Translations under genes and position numbers: made by a program
Notes under the pieces: generated by a model
The model's database searches: none
Seen by the model: only the letters and a program-made list of their open reading frames with translations
Told to the model about the DNA's origin: nothing
From: Alphaproteobacteria bacterium
GTDB lineage: Bacteria; Pseudomonadota; Alphaproteobacteria; GCA-2731375
Direction of reading: 5' to 3'
DNA: 64,000 bases
Assembly: GCA_021776235.1 (NCBI GenBank)
Contig: JAJFGG010000066.1
Coordinates: 26,904 to 90,903, forward strand
In this document: positions 29,015 through 38,978 of the stretch, piece after piece
Layout of the letters: the number at the start of each line of letters is the position of its first letter
Position numbering within the stretch: position 1 is the stretch's first letter

Positions 29015-30652
29015 ATGAATGATGGTTGGAGGCGGCTGAAAAATGCTGGATATCGAACCCGCTTGTACCGTTTCGCCCTGGAACGGCGCCAGATTGAACA
29101 GCTGGAATTTCTACCCCATGACCCCTGGCCCGGCGATCCGAAAGTGGCGGATGAACTGTTCCGGGGCCAGTACCGCTTCGCCGGGCGGGAAGCCAGCGCG
29201 CCGAACCAGCCCCCCTGGCGATTGCGGCCCGACGATCACGAATGGCTCGCCGAGCTGCATGGCTTTGAATGGCTGCGCCATTTCGCCGAATCGGGTGGTG
29301 AGACGGCGCTGGCCCACGCCCGCCGGCTGCTTCGGTCCTGGATAGACCTGTGCCGTGATATCGACCCGGTAACCTGGTCCCCGGGGGTGCTTGGCCAGCG
29401 ACTGACGGCGTGGCTCAGCCATGGGCGATTTCTGTTACAAGGCGCGGATACGGATTTCGCCGATGCCTATTTAGGTTCTCTTGCAGTGCAATGGCTGCAC
29501 TTGCAGCGCACCGCAGGCGATGCGCGGTTTGGCCTCGAACAATTGTCGGCGTTGCTGGGCCTTGTTTATGGCGCCATGTCGTTGCCGGGCGAAGACGGCG
29601 CCGTCACCAGAGGCTTGCGGCAAATCGAACGATTGCTTGAAAATCAAACCATGCAGGACGGCGGCTACAACAGTCGTGCGCCTTCGGATCTGATGACGGT
29701 CTTGCGGCGGTTGATCGCGCTGCGGGGGGCGGTTGGCGATTCTGGGCGGCCTGTTCCCGATTGGCTGCAAACGGCAATCGGCCGGATGGCGCCGTTGCTG
29801 CGGGGGCTGCGCCATGGTGACGGCGGATTGGCGTTGTTCAACGGCGGCATCGAAGAAGATTCTGACAACGTGAACACAACCCTGGTTCGGGCCGACGTGA
29901 AGGGCAAGACGTTGTTGAGCGCTACGCAATCAGGCTTTCAGCGGATGACCGCGGGTAGTGCGCTTCTTTTGACGGATACCGGGGCGCCGCCGGCTGGCGA
30001 ATGGGGCCGTTACGCCCATGCCGGCGGTGGCGGTTTCGAACTTTCCATCGGTAAACGGCGTCTGGTCGTCAATTGTGGCAGTGGTCGCCAGCGTAGCGCC
30101 GAATGGCGCGAGGCAGCCCGGGCGACCGCCGCGCATTCGACGCTGCAGTTCGCGAACGCCAACGCCTGGCCGATTACGGCGGCTGGTGACTTCGGGCCCA
30201 ACCCCAGCCGTCTTCACTGCCGGCGACACGAGGATGAAACCGGCAATACCTGGTTGGAACTGCGTCACGATGGCTATCGCCAGCGTTTTGGGGTGTCACA
30301 CCGCCGGCGGCTGTATCTGGATGCCTCGGGAGGGGATGTTCGGGGCGAAGACCGGTTGGATGCAAATGGCCCGCCGGGCGAGGACATGGAAATCGCCGGG
30401 CGTTCTATTGCCGTCCGATTTCATCTACACCCTGACGTGCAAGCGTCCGCCGTTCACGGTGGCTCTGCCGTCTTGTTGCGATTGGGCGGTGGACAGGGCT
30501 GGCGGTTTCGTGCCGGCGGCGCCGACATCGCCATGGAAGAAAGTGTTTATCTGGGACGCGCCGACCGTATTCGCCGCAGCCAGCAGATCGTCCTCTCGGC
30601 AACCGCGCGGCCCGATGGCAATGTCATCAAATGGGCCTTTCGCCAGGTTTAG
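29015..30652 (+). CDS. Heparinase II/III-family protein
   Basis: 545 aa, pattern matches the conserved alphaproteobacterial heparinase II/III-like proteins. Confidence 0.6.
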   Translation: MNDGWRRLKNAGYRTRLYRFALERRQIEQLEFLPHDPWPGDPKVADELFRGQYRFAGREASAPNQPPWRLRPDDHEWLAELHGFEWLRHFAESGGETALAHARRLLRSWIDLCRDIDPVTWSPGVLGQRLTAWLSHGRFLLQGADTDFADAYLGSLAVQWLHLQRTAGDARFGLEQLSALLGLVYGAMSLPGEDGAVTRGLRQIERLLENQTMQDGGYNSRAPSDLMTVLRRLIALRGAVGDSGRPVPDWLQTAIGRMAPLLRGLRHGDGGLALFNGGIEEDSDNVNTTLVRADVKGKTLLSATQSGFQRMTAGSALLLTDTGAPPAGEWGRYAHAGGGGFELSIGKRRLVVNCGSGRQRSAEWREAARATAAHSTLQFANANAWPITAAGDFGPNPSRLHCRRHEDETGNTWLELRHDGYRQRFGVSHRRRLYLDASGGDVRGEDRLDANGPPGEDMEIAGRSIAVRFHLHPDVQASAVHGGSAVLLRLGGGQGWRFRAGGADIAMEESVYLGRADRIRRSQQIVLSATARPDGNVIKWAFRQV

Positions 30653-30684
30653 AGTCCTTCCGATTTAGACGGAAACGCCATGCC

Positions 30685-30750
30685 GCCCGCTCCCCCTCCC
30701 GGCCACCCGCCGGGATCATGATCTGTGGGTGGCCGGGAGGGGGAGCGGGC
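30685..30750. terminator. Perfect 24-bp inverted repeat (30685-30708 / 30727-30750) with a palindromic loop (gatcatgatc) between the convergent heparinase-like gene and rpiA
   Basis: gcccgctccccctcccggccaccc ... gggtggccgggagggggagcgggc are exact reverse complements. Probable bidirectional terminator / REP-like element. Confidence 0.55.
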
Positions 30751-30767
30751 GGTTCAGTGATTCGACG

Positions 30768-31460
30768 TCAGTCCGAAATACTGCCGTCCGCGATGACCGT
30801 CACCTGATCGCCGGAGCCCAGAAAAATACGTTCCGTCATGCCGCAAAACAAGCCGTGCTCGACCACCCCGGGCAGGCTGGACAGGGTCTGGGCCAGGCTG
30901 GGTGGATCCATGATCGACGGGCCAAAGGCGCAATCCAGGATCCAGTGATTTTCGTCGCTACGGAATGGCTCACCCCCCGCCGTTCGGCGAAGCGTCACTG
31001 CGGCGCCCAAATCGGCCAGACGCAGACTCAAAGGTTGGCGGGCCATGGGTATAATCTCGATAGGCAGGGGAAAAGCCCCCAGCACTGCGACTTGCTTGCT
31101 GGCATCGGCAATGACCACAAAACGCGCTGCCGCCCCGGCAACGATTTTCTCCCTTAACAATGCGCCGCCACCTCCCTTGATCAAATTCAAGGCTCCGTCG
31201 AATTCGTCGGCGCCGTCCACGGCCAGATCAAGGTTCGGTGTTTCATCCAGACTGGTCAGCGTGATGCCCAGCCGATGGCACAATTCGGCACTGTGTTCCG
31301 AGGTGGCGACCCCGGATATGGACATCCCGGCGTTTACCCGCTGGGCCAATAGGTGGATGAAATGATCTGCCGTAGACCCCGTGCCGATGCCAAGACGCAT
31401 ACCGTCCTGGACCAGTTCTACCGCCGCGCTGGCAGCCATTCGTTTTGCTTCATCGCTCAT
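30768..31460 (-). CDS. rpiA: Ribose-5-phosphate isomerase A
   Basis: GIGTGSTA, DGADE, KGGGGAL motifs; 230 aa. Confidence 0.9.
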   Translation of the reverse strand: MSDEAKRMAASAAVELVQDGMRLGIGTGSTADHFIHLLAQRVNAGMSISGVATSEHSAELCHRLGITLTSLDETPNLDLAVDGADEFDGALNLIKGGGGALLREKIVAGAAARFVVIADASKQVAVLGAFPLPIEIIPMARQPLSLRLADLGAAVTLRRTAGGEPFRSDENHWILDCAFGPSIMDPPSLAQTLSSLPGVVEHGLFCGMTERIFLGSGDQVTVIADGSISD

Positions 31461-31521
31461 GGGGCAACCTTTTTTTGCGCTGTCGTTCTGTTTCGTTTCA
31501 GTTCACGTCGATCCGGGCTAT

Positions 31522-32127
31522 ATGTTCGCCATGTCAAAAATCGTGAGCAACCCATCCGCCGTAAACCCAATTCTCAAGCTTGCCTTAGAAATCGGGCCTT
31601 TGGCGCTGTTTTTTCTGACCAATGCCCGGGCTGGACTATTTTGGGCGACGGGCGTCTTCATGGTAGCAATCATTTTCTCGTTGTCGATTACCTGGTTGCT
31701 GGAACGACGGTTGCCCACCTTGCCCCTGGTGACCGGCATCTTTGTTTTGATCTTCGGCGGCCTGACGCTGTATTTGCAGGACGAGCTATTCATCAAGCTG
31801 AAACCGACCATCGTCAACACATTGTTCGCGGTAATCCTTTTGACCGGCTTGCTCTGGGGCAAATCCTTCCTGAAAAGCCTGATGGGAACCATGTTTCCCA
31901 TGACCGATCAGGGTTGGCGCGTGTTGACCTTGCGCTGGGCCATGTTTTTTGTGGTTTTGGCAATTTTGAACGAAATTGTCTGGCGCAACACATCGACTGA
32001 CACTTGGGTAAGTTTTAAGGTTTTTGGCATCATGCCATTGACGATTCTGTTTTCGATTCTGCAGCTACCGGCCATGAACCGTCATCGGTTGCCCGAGGGC
32101 AAATCCGAAGACAAGGGCGGGCTGTAA
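31522..32127 (+). CDS. yciB: Intracellular septation protein A (YciB/IspZ family)
   Basis: About 200-aa, 5-TM protein with YciB-like pattern, upstream of ccmA as in many alphaproteobacteria. Start ambiguous (31522 or 31531). Confidence 0.65.
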   Translation: MFAMSKIVSNPSAVNPILKLALEIGPLALFFLTNARAGLFWATGVFMVAIIFSLSITWLLERRLPTLPLVTGIFVLIFGGLTLYLQDELFIKLKPTIVNTLFAVILLTGLLWGKSFLKSLMGTMFPMTDQGWRVLTLRWAMFFVVLAILNEIVWRNTSTDTWVSFKVFGIMPLTILFSILQLPAMNRHRLPEGKSEDKGGL

Positions 32128-32735
32128 TGTTTCAAGGTCGTGATATTGCCTGTGAACGGGGCGAAAGGCGCATTTTCTCGGGACTTGATTTCGAAATTTC
32201 TCCGGGCCAGGCGCTTGTGCTGCGTGGTCCCAACGGCTGCGGCAAGACGAGCCTGCTGAGAATTGCCGCGACTTTGTTGAAGTCGGCGGCAGGGAATTTG
32301 CTGTGGGATGGCGCGGATGTCGCCGAGGCGCCGGAAGAACATCGCGCAAGGTTGCATTTCATTGGCCATCAGGATGCGGTCAAGGGCGCCTTGACGGTGC
32401 GCGAGAATATCGCCACCTGGTCAAATATCAGGCGCTCCGCAGAGGACCGGGTCGATGCGGCGATGGCCGCGTTCGGCATTGCGCACCTGGCGGATACCCC
32501 GGCGCAATATCTGTCGGCGGGCCAGCATAGGCGGACCGCCTTGGCCAGACTGGTAGCGTCCCGTGCGGCCCTTTGGCTGCTCGACGAACCCACTGTGTCC
32601 CTGGATGCGGATGGCACGGCGTGCCTGCAACGGGCGATTATGGATCATCGCGCCGAGAAGGGCATGGTCATGGCCGCAACTCACATTGAGCTGGGTCTGG
32701 ACGATGTGGAATTTTTGCAGTTGAAGCCGCAATGA
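32127..32735 (+). CDS. ccmA: Heme exporter ATP-binding protein CcmA
   Basis: Walker A GPNGCGKTSLLR, ABC signature LSAGQHRR, Walker B LWLLDEP. Confidence 0.9.
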   Translation: MFQGRDIACERGERRIFSGLDFEISPGQALVLRGPNGCGKTSLLRIAATLLKSAAGNLLWDGADVAEAPEEHRARLHFIGHQDAVKGALTVRENIATWSNIRRSAEDRVDAAMAAFGIAHLADTPAQYLSAGQHRRTALARLVASRAALWLLDEPTVSLDADGTACLQRAIMDHRAEKGMVMAATHIELGLDDVEFLQLKPQ

Positions 32736-33397
32736 AACCGTTCGGGGCTGTTATTGCGCGCGATCTTCGCCTGGCCGTGCGCCAGGGGGGCGCCACTTTT
32801 TTGGCGCTGGTATTTTTCCTCTTGACGGTCACCCTGTTTCCCTTGGGCATTGGCCCGGAACCCGCCATTCTGGCCCGCGTTGCCCCGGGCGTCCTTTGGG
32901 TTGCGGCGTTGCTGGCTGCGATGTTGTCGCTGGATCGGTTGTTTCAGGCGGATTTTGAAGACGGCAGCCTGGAGCAATTGACACTGTCCGGACTGCCTTT
33001 GGGGGGCATCGTCTTGGCCAAGATCATCGCTCATTGGCTGACCACAGGATTGCCCCTGTTGTTGGCAGCGCCGGTATTGGCGGTGTTGTTGAATATGAGC
33101 GACGAAGGTTTTGCGGCGTTGCTTTTGACCATGTTGATCGGTACACCGGCCCTGAGTCTCATTGGCGCCATCGGCGCCGCCCTGACCCTGACAGTGCGCA
33201 GAGGCGGGGTGTTGTTATCGTTGCTGGTATTACCGCTATATATACCGGTGCTGATTTTCGGCGTTTCAGCTATTGATGCCGCGGTTCACGGTCTGAATGC
33301 CAAGCCGCATGTTCTGCTTTTGGCTGCCTTGACGCTGGCGGCGATACCGCTTTGCCCCTGGGCATCGGCGGCGGCGGTAAAGCTGTCATTGGAGTAG
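32732..33397 (+). CDS. ccmB: Heme exporter protein CcmB
   Basis: 6-TM CcmB-family protein, translationally coupled to ccmA. Confidence 0.9.
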   Translation: MKPFGAVIARDLRLAVRQGGATFLALVFFLLTVTLFPLGIGPEPAILARVAPGVLWVAALLAAMLSLDRLFQADFEDGSLEQLTLSGLPLGGIVLAKIIAHWLTTGLPLLLAAPVLAVLLNMSDEGFAALLLTMLIGTPALSLIGAIGAALTLTVRRGGVLLSLLVLPLYIPVLIFGVSAIDAAVHGLNAKPHVLLLAALTLAAIPLCPWASAAAVKLSLE

Positions 33398-33481
33398 TAG
33401 ACGGCCGGCGGGACAAACCGCAAAAAATTGTTGCAGCCGCGGCGCTTGCGCCCATGCCTGCAGGGGGGTACACCTCAATCT

Positions 33482-34207
33482 ATGTCAATGCATTATTTTG
33501 CTAATCCAACGCGATTTAACCGCCTTGCCGGGCGCATTCAGCCGTGGGCCGGCGGACTGGCGGCGATTCTTTTGGTCGTCGGTCTTTATATGGCCCTGTT
33601 CGAGGTGCCGGCGGACTATCAACAGGGTGATACGGTCCGCATCATGTTCGTGCATGTGCCGTCCGCTTGGATGGCCATGTTCTGCTACTCGTTCCTGGCG
33701 GTGGCCAGTGCCGTGGCGTTGATCTGGAAGCATCCTTTGGCGGACCTGGCCGCCAAGGCATCCGCCCCCATTGGCGCCGGATTTACCTTTCTGGCGTTGG
33801 TGACAGGTTCAATCTGGGGCAAGCCTATGTGGGGAACCTGGTGGGTCTGGGATGCGCGGCTGACATCGGTGCTGATCCTGTTCTTCCTTTATCTGGGTTA
33901 TATGGCCTTGTGGCAGTCGATCGAAGACGGACAAAAAGCGGCCAAGGCGGCTGCGGTTCTTGCCCTTGTCGGCGCGGTCAATGTGCCGATTATTAAATTC
34001 TCGGTGGATTGGTGGAATACCCTGCACCAGCCCGCCAGTGTGATGCGCATGGATGGCCCGGCTATCCACCCTAGTATGCTGTGGCCCCTGTTGATCATGG
34101 CCTTGGCGTTCCAGGTTTACTTTGTGGCCCTGTTACTGGCCCGTATGCGGATGGAATTGAATTTGCGGCGTATTCGCGCCCTGCGGCTGGCGGAACGGTC
34201 GAGTTAG
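33482..34207 (+). CDS. ccmC: Heme exporter protein CcmC
   Basis: WGKPMWGTWWVWDARL (WWD domain) and conserved His residues. Start at the ATG at 33482. Confidence 0.9.
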   Translation: MSMHYFANPTRFNRLAGRIQPWAGGLAAILLVVGLYMALFEVPADYQQGDTVRIMFVHVPSAWMAMFCYSFLAVASAVALIWKHPLADLAAKASAPIGAGFTFLALVTGSIWGKPMWGTWWVWDARLTSVLILFFLYLGYMALWQSIEDGQKAAKAAAVLALVGAVNVPIIKFSVDWWNTLHQPASVMRMDGPAIHPSMLWPLLIMALAFQVYFVALLLARMRMELNLRRIRALRLAERSS

Positions 34208-34218
34208 AGGCATTGAAT

Positions 34219-34404
34219 ATGGATGCTATAGGGCAATTTTTTGCGATGGGGGGCTACGCGGCCTATGTCTGGCCGGCGTTCGCGATCGTCCTGGTGGTCA
34301 TGGCGCTGATGTGGTTCACCGGCATCCATGGTTGGCGCAAGTCGGAGCAAACTTTGGCGGCATTGCGCAGCAACCGCCGGCAACGAGAGGGTGACGCCGA
34401 ATGA
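34219..34404 (+). CDS. ccmD: Heme exporter protein CcmD
   Basis: 61-aa single-TM peptide MDAIGQFFAMGGYAAYVWPAFAIVLVVMALMW... immediately after ccmC. Confidence 0.75.
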   Translation: MDAIGQFFAMGGYAAYVWPAFAIVLVVMALMWFTGIHGWRKSEQTLAALRSNRRQREGDAE

Positions 34405-34856
34405 CCCGTAAACAGCGCCGTCTTTATATCGTCGGCGGCTTTATGCTGATCTTCGCATCGGCGGCGGCTTTGGTGTTGATGGCGTTTGAAGAGAACATTG
34501 TATTTTTCTATTCACCTTCCGAGCTGGCGCAAAAATCGGAACAACAGCCGATCCCTCCAGGTCGCCGGCTGCGCATTGGTGGTTTGGTGGAAGAAGGTTC
34601 GGTTCAGCGTGACGCCGATGGCGTCACAATTACGTTTCGCGTCACCGACACGGTGGAAGTCTTGCCGGTGCGTTTTCGCGGCCTTTTGCCGGATCTTTTT
34701 AGGGAAGGCCAGGGGATTGTTGCCGAAGGCACCCTGGCGATGAATGGAACATTCGTGGCAACCGAGGTGCTGGCCAAACATGACGAAACATATATGCCGA
34801 AGGAAGTCGCCGAAGCTTTGAAGAAGGCTGGTCAATGGCAGGGGGACGATGAATGA
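34401..34856 (+). CDS. ccmE: Cytochrome c-type biogenesis heme chaperone CcmE
   Basis: N-terminal anchor, OB-fold; 151 aa. Confidence 0.9.
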   Translation: MTRKQRRLYIVGGFMLIFASAAALVLMAFEENIVFFYSPSELAQKSEQQPIPPGRRLRIGGLVEEGSVQRDADGVTITFRVTDTVEVLPVRFRGLLPDLFREGQGIVAEGTLAMNGTFVATEVLAKHDETYMPKEVAEALKKAGQWQGDDE

Positions 34857-35815
34857 CCGACGGCACGACTTCGGAAAAACCATGCGTCCTGTTGATCGAA
34901 CCAATTCCAAGCTGGATCGTCGACCGGGCCCATGATTTGTTTGAATTGATCGTTTTGCCGCACGAGAGTGAAAGACCGCCCGAGTTTCTCGACAATGTCG
35001 AGCGTATTCGCGGCATTGCCATGCCGGGCTTCGCCAAGGTCGACGCCGCCATGATGGCGCTGTTGCCAAATTTGGAAATGGTCGCCTGTTTTGGGGTTGG
35101 CTATGACGGCGCCGACATAGGCTATGCTATGCAACATGGCATCGCCGTTACCAATACTCCGGATGTGTTGACGGACTGCGTGGCCGATCTTGGCATGGCA
35201 ATGATCTTGGCCACGTTGCGAAAGATTGTGGAGGGGGACCGCTACGTTCGGGCGGGGCGATGGGAAAGCGAGGGAATATTGGATCTGGCGAATTCGCCGC
35301 GCGGCCGGTGCCTGGGCATCGTCGGCCTGGGCCGCATTGGCCTGGCGCTGGCAAATCGGGCCGAGGCGTTTGGCATGACCATCGCCTATCATAACCGCAC
35401 GGAACGGGATGACGTGCCTTATCCCTATTACCCCAGCGCCGGTGCCCTGGCCGCGGCGTGTGATGTCATGGCCCTGACCTGTCCGGGCAGCGAAGCAACC
35501 CGCAATTTGATCAACCGCGAGGTCCTTGAAGCCCTGGGCAGTACAGGCTATCTGATCAATATCGCGCGCGGCAGCGTTGTTGATGAAGCGGCGCTGGTGC
35601 AGGCTTTGTTGGACCACACCATTGCTGGCGCCGGTCTGGATGTCTTCGCTGCCGAGCCACACGTGCCTGCGGCGCTGTTCGCATTGGAGAATGTGGTCCT
35701 GCAACCCCATCAGGCCAGCGCGACGGTGGAAACACGGACCGCCATGGGGAATTTGACTGTCGACAATTTGCTGGCCCATTTTCAAGGCCTGCCCTTGCCG
35801 AACCAGGTGGCATAG
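34853..35815 (+). CDS. D-isomer-specific 2-hydroxyacid dehydrogenase (glyoxylate/hydroxypyruvate reductase-like) inserted between ccmE and ccmF
   Basis: NAD-binding GxGxxG (GIVGLGRIGLALA), catalytic R/E/H pattern; 320 aa. Coupled to ccmE (4-bp overlap). Confidence 0.8.
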   Translation: MTDGTTSEKPCVLLIEPIPSWIVDRAHDLFELIVLPHESERPPEFLDNVERIRGIAMPGFAKVDAAMMALLPNLEMVACFGVGYDGADIGYAMQHGIAVTNTPDVLTDCVADLGMAMILATLRKIVEGDRYVRAGRWESEGILDLANSPRGRCLGIVGLGRIGLALANRAEAFGMTIAYHNRTERDDVPYPYYPSAGALAAACDVMALTCPGSEATRNLINREVLEALGSTGYLINIARGSVVDEAALVQALLDHTIAGAGLDVFAAEPHVPAALFALENVVLQPHQASATVETRTAMGNLTVDNLLAHFQGLPLPNQVA

Positions 35816-35905
35816 CGGGATGCTTGACTCTTATCAGAGCCTGGCCGGGACACCGATGTTGAGTTCTTGTTGGCTGGATCGGCCTAACAGGCAAAGGATG
35901 CCCTC

Positions 35906-37906
35906 ATGACCGCGGAACTGGGACATTACGCACTGGTGCTGGCGCTATCGGTGGCTCTGGTGCAGGCGACGATACCGTTGCTGGGGGCCTGGCGCGGTGA
36001 CCCGGGCTGGGTGGGCCTGGCGCGGCCGGCGGCCTTGGTGCAATGTTTTTTGGTGACGGTTGCGTTTGGGGCCTTGATGTACGCTTACGTGACCTCGGAT
36101 TTCTCCGTGCTCAACGTTGCCTCCAATTCCCATTCCGCCAAGCCGCTGTTGTACAAGATCTCCGGCGTTTGGGGTAATCACGAGGGCTCGCTACTGCTGT
36201 GGTTGTTGATCCTGGTGCTATTCGGGGCGGCGGTGGCCGCTTTCGGCGGTAACCTGCCGGCGCCGTTTCGGGCCCGGGTCCTGGCGGTGCAGGCGATGAT
36301 CGCCGTTGGCTTCCTCACCTTTGTCTTGTTCACGTCGAACCCATTCGAACGGCTATTGCCGGCGCCCCTGGACGGAAATGGGTTAAATCCCTTGTTGCAG
36401 GATCCGGGCCTCGCCTTTCATCCGCCATTTCTCTATCTCGGTTATGTCGGCTTCTCCATGGCTTTTTCGTTCGCCGTGGCCGCCTTGATTGAAGGCCGTG
36501 TCGACGCGGCCTGGGCCCGCTGGGTCCGGCCCTGGACCCTGGCAGCCTGGTGCTTTTTGACCCTGGGTATCGCGCTCGGCTCCTGGTGGGCCTATTACGA
36601 ACTTGGCTGGGGTGGTTGGTGGTTCTGGGACCCGGTAGAGAACGCCTCGTTTATGCCGTGGCTGGCAGGTACCGCGTTGCTGCATTCGTCTATCGTGGTG
36701 GAAAAGCGGGATAGTTTGAAGAACTGGACCGTGCTGCTGGCGATTCTGACATTTTCGTTGAGCTTGCTGGGGACCTTCCTGGTCCGTTCGGGGGTCCTGA
36801 CTTCGGTGCATGCCTTCGCCACGGATCCGGCCCGCGGCGTCTTCATTCTCGCCTTTTTGATCGTCGTCATCGCAGGCTCGTTGACCCTGTACGCTGTCCG
36901 GGCGCCGGCAATGAAAGGCGGCGGTATATTTTCGCCGGTCAGCCGGGAAGGCGGCCTGGTGTTGAATAATCTGCTTCTCTCCACGGCCTGCGCGACGGTC
37001 CTTTTGGGCACCCTTTATCCGCTGTTTCTTGATGCCGTGACCGGTGACAAAATTACCGTTGGGCCGCCTTTCTTCAATATGACCTTCGGTCCGCTCATGG
37101 TGCCGGTATTTATTGCCATGGCGGTCGGACCGATGTTGCCGTGGAAGCGTGGCGACCTTCTTGGCGCGGTGCAGCGGCTGAAATTTGCCATTGCCGCGGC
37201 CGTGGCGGCGCTTCTGCTGACCTTGGTGCTGGCCTATGACGGCCCCTGGCTGGCGATCCCGGGTATCGCGCTGGGTGTCTGGGTAATCGCCGCCGCGTTG
37301 GAGGAAGCAGCCCATAGATTGCGCCTGTTCCGGGTCCCGATCGCGGAAAGCATGCGCCGCCTGATGCGTTCACCGCGGGCCGCCTGGGGCACCACGTTTG
37401 CCCACGCCGGTGCCGGGATGGTCATCATCGGCGTCGTCGCTTCGTCCTCCTGGCAAGTGGAGAAACTGCAGGTTCTGCGTCAGGGCGAAAGCGTTGCTGT
37501 GGGTGCCTACGAGTTTAAGTTCGAGGGGGCAACGCCGGTTGCCGGGCCCAACTATGGTGCGGTGCGCGGTACCTTCCGGGTCAGCCGGAATGGTGCGGAA
37601 GTCGCCGTTATGCAACCGGAATCCCGGAGCTATCAGGACCCGCCCATGGAGACGACGGAAGCTGCGATCCGCACCGGCTGGGGTGGTGATCTGTACGCGG
37701 TCATCGGTGATCCGACCGGTGACGGATCATGGTCAACCCGGTTTTACAACAAGCCGATGATCCATTGGATTTGGACGGGCGCATTGCTCATGGTCTTTGG
37801 CGGTTTGTTTTCCTTGAGTGACCGCCGCCATCGGGTTGGTGCTCCAGCCCGGCGCGGTAGAATGGCGAAAACGGTAAAAACCGCGGCATCAATGGCCGGT
37901 AAATAG
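35906..37906 (+). CDS. ccmF: Cytochrome c-type biogenesis protein CcmF
   Basis: 666-aa polytopic protein with WWD-like domain (WGGWWFWDPVEN) and conserved His residues. Confidence 0.9.
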   Translation: MTAELGHYALVLALSVALVQATIPLLGAWRGDPGWVGLARPAALVQCFLVTVAFGALMYAYVTSDFSVLNVASNSHSAKPLLYKISGVWGNHEGSLLLWLLILVLFGAAVAAFGGNLPAPFRARVLAVQAMIAVGFLTFVLFTSNPFERLLPAPLDGNGLNPLLQDPGLAFHPPFLYLGYVGFSMAFSFAVAALIEGRVDAAWARWVRPWTLAAWCFLTLGIALGSWWAYYELGWGGWWFWDPVENASFMPWLAGTALLHSSIVVEKRDSLKNWTVLLAILTFSLSLLGTFLVRSGVLTSVHAFATDPARGVFILAFLIVVIAGSLTLYAVRAPAMKGGGIFSPVSREGGLVLNNLLLSTACATVLLGTLYPLFLDAVTGDKITVGPPFFNMTFGPLMVPVFIAMAVGPMLPWKRGDLLGAVQRLKFAIAAAVAALLLTLVLAYDGPWLAIPGIALGVWVIAAALEEAAHRLRLFRVPIAESMRRLMRSPRAAWGTTFAHAGAGMVIIGVVASSSWQVEKLQVLRQGESVAVGAYEFKFEGATPVAGPNYGAVRGTFRVSRNGAEVAVMQPESRSYQDPPMETTEAAIRTGWGGDLYAVIGDPTGDGSWSTRFYNKPMIHWIWTGALLMVFGGLFSLSDRRHRVGAPARRGRMAKTVKTAASMAGK

Positions 37907-37917
37907 GGTCTGCTGAA

Positions 37918-38496
37918 TTGAACGAGCTGGATTTGGAGGAGACGCCCAGGCGCTTGTGGCCGCGCCTGCTGCCCCTGGCGGTGGCGCTGATCATCGGCGG
38001 CTTTCTGTTCGCCGGTTTAAGCCTGCGGCCAAAGGAAATCCCATCCGTCCTGATCGGCAAGGCGGTGCCCGAGTTCAATCTGCCGGCCTTGCCCAAGCGT
38101 CCAAAAGGTTTGCAATCGGCCGATTTGAAGGGCCAGGTTTCATTGGTCAACGTCTTCGCCTCATGGTGTGTCTCCTGCCGGGTGGAACATCCCCTTTTTA
38201 TGAAATTGAAGGCCCGGGATCTGGTGCCCGTGCACGGCCTCAATTACAAGGATGATGGCCCCGCCGCCATGAGCTGGCTGGCCCGGCATGGCGATCCCTA
38301 TGACCGTGTCGGACAGGATCTGAAGGGCAGGGTGGGTATCGATTGGGGTGTTTACGGTGTGCCCGAAACCTTCCTGATCAATGCGGAAGGACGGATCGTC
38401 TGCAAGCATATCGGCCCGGTGATGGAGCGCGACCTGGAAGAGAAACTATTGCCGGCGGTCAAGGCACTGCGGCAGGGCGGCGTGGCGAAATGTTGA
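37918..38496 (+). CDS. ccmG: Thiol:disulfide interchange protein CcmG/DsbE
   Basis: Thioredoxin fold with WCVSC active site. No in-frame ATG before residue ~90, so the start is non-ATG (TTG at 37918 or the in-frame TTG at 37954). Confidence 0.8.
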   Translation: MNELDLEETPRRLWPRLLPLAVALIIGGFLFAGLSLRPKEIPSVLIGKAVPEFNLPALPKRPKGLQSADLKGQVSLVNVFASWCVSCRVEHPLFMKLKARDLVPVHGLNYKDDGPAAMSWLARHGDPYDRVGQDLKGRVGIDWGVYGVPETFLINAEGRIVCKHIGPVMERDLEEKLLPAVKALRQGGVAKC

Positions 38497-38978
38497 TGAC
38501 CTTGTTGCGGCGGCTGGTTCTTGCCTTGTGCCTGATGGCACCGCTGGCCCCGGCCTGGTCCGTCGCCGTGGATACGCCCCTGGACGATCCCGCGTTGGAA
38601 GCCCGGGCGCGGGCTATACACAAGCAATTGCGCTGTCTGGTCTGCCAGAACCAGTCAATCGAGGATTCAAACGCCACCCTGGCGCGGGATCTGCGTGTTC
38701 TGGTGCGGGAACGCATAACGGCCGGCGACAGTGACGACGCGGCGATCCGCTTTATCGTGGATCGTTATGGCGATTGGGTATTGTTGCAGCCGCCGGTGAA
38801 AGGTGGAACCGTGCTGCTGTGGCTGGGCCCGCTGCTGTTTTTGCTATTGGCGGTCATTTCCCTGGTTTTTTGGTACCGCCGGCGCCGCGGCGCGCCGGTG
38901 GTAGCGGCGAACGCGCCCTTGAGCGCGGACGAGCAGGCCCGGCTGAAAGCATTGCTGGACGATGGAGATCCTAAATGA
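38490..38978 (+). CDS. ccmH: Cytochrome c-type biogenesis protein CcmH
   Basis: Signal peptide, LRCLVCQNQSI motif, C-terminal TM; 162 aa. Start at the ATG at 38490. Confidence 0.85.
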   Translation: MLMTLLRRLVLALCLMAPLAPAWSVAVDTPLDDPALEARARAIHKQLRCLVCQNQSIEDSNATLARDLRVLVRERITAGDSDDAAIRFIVDRYGDWVLLQPPVKGGTVLLWLGPLLFLLLAVISLVFWYRRRRGAPVVAANAPLSADEQARLKALLDDGDPK

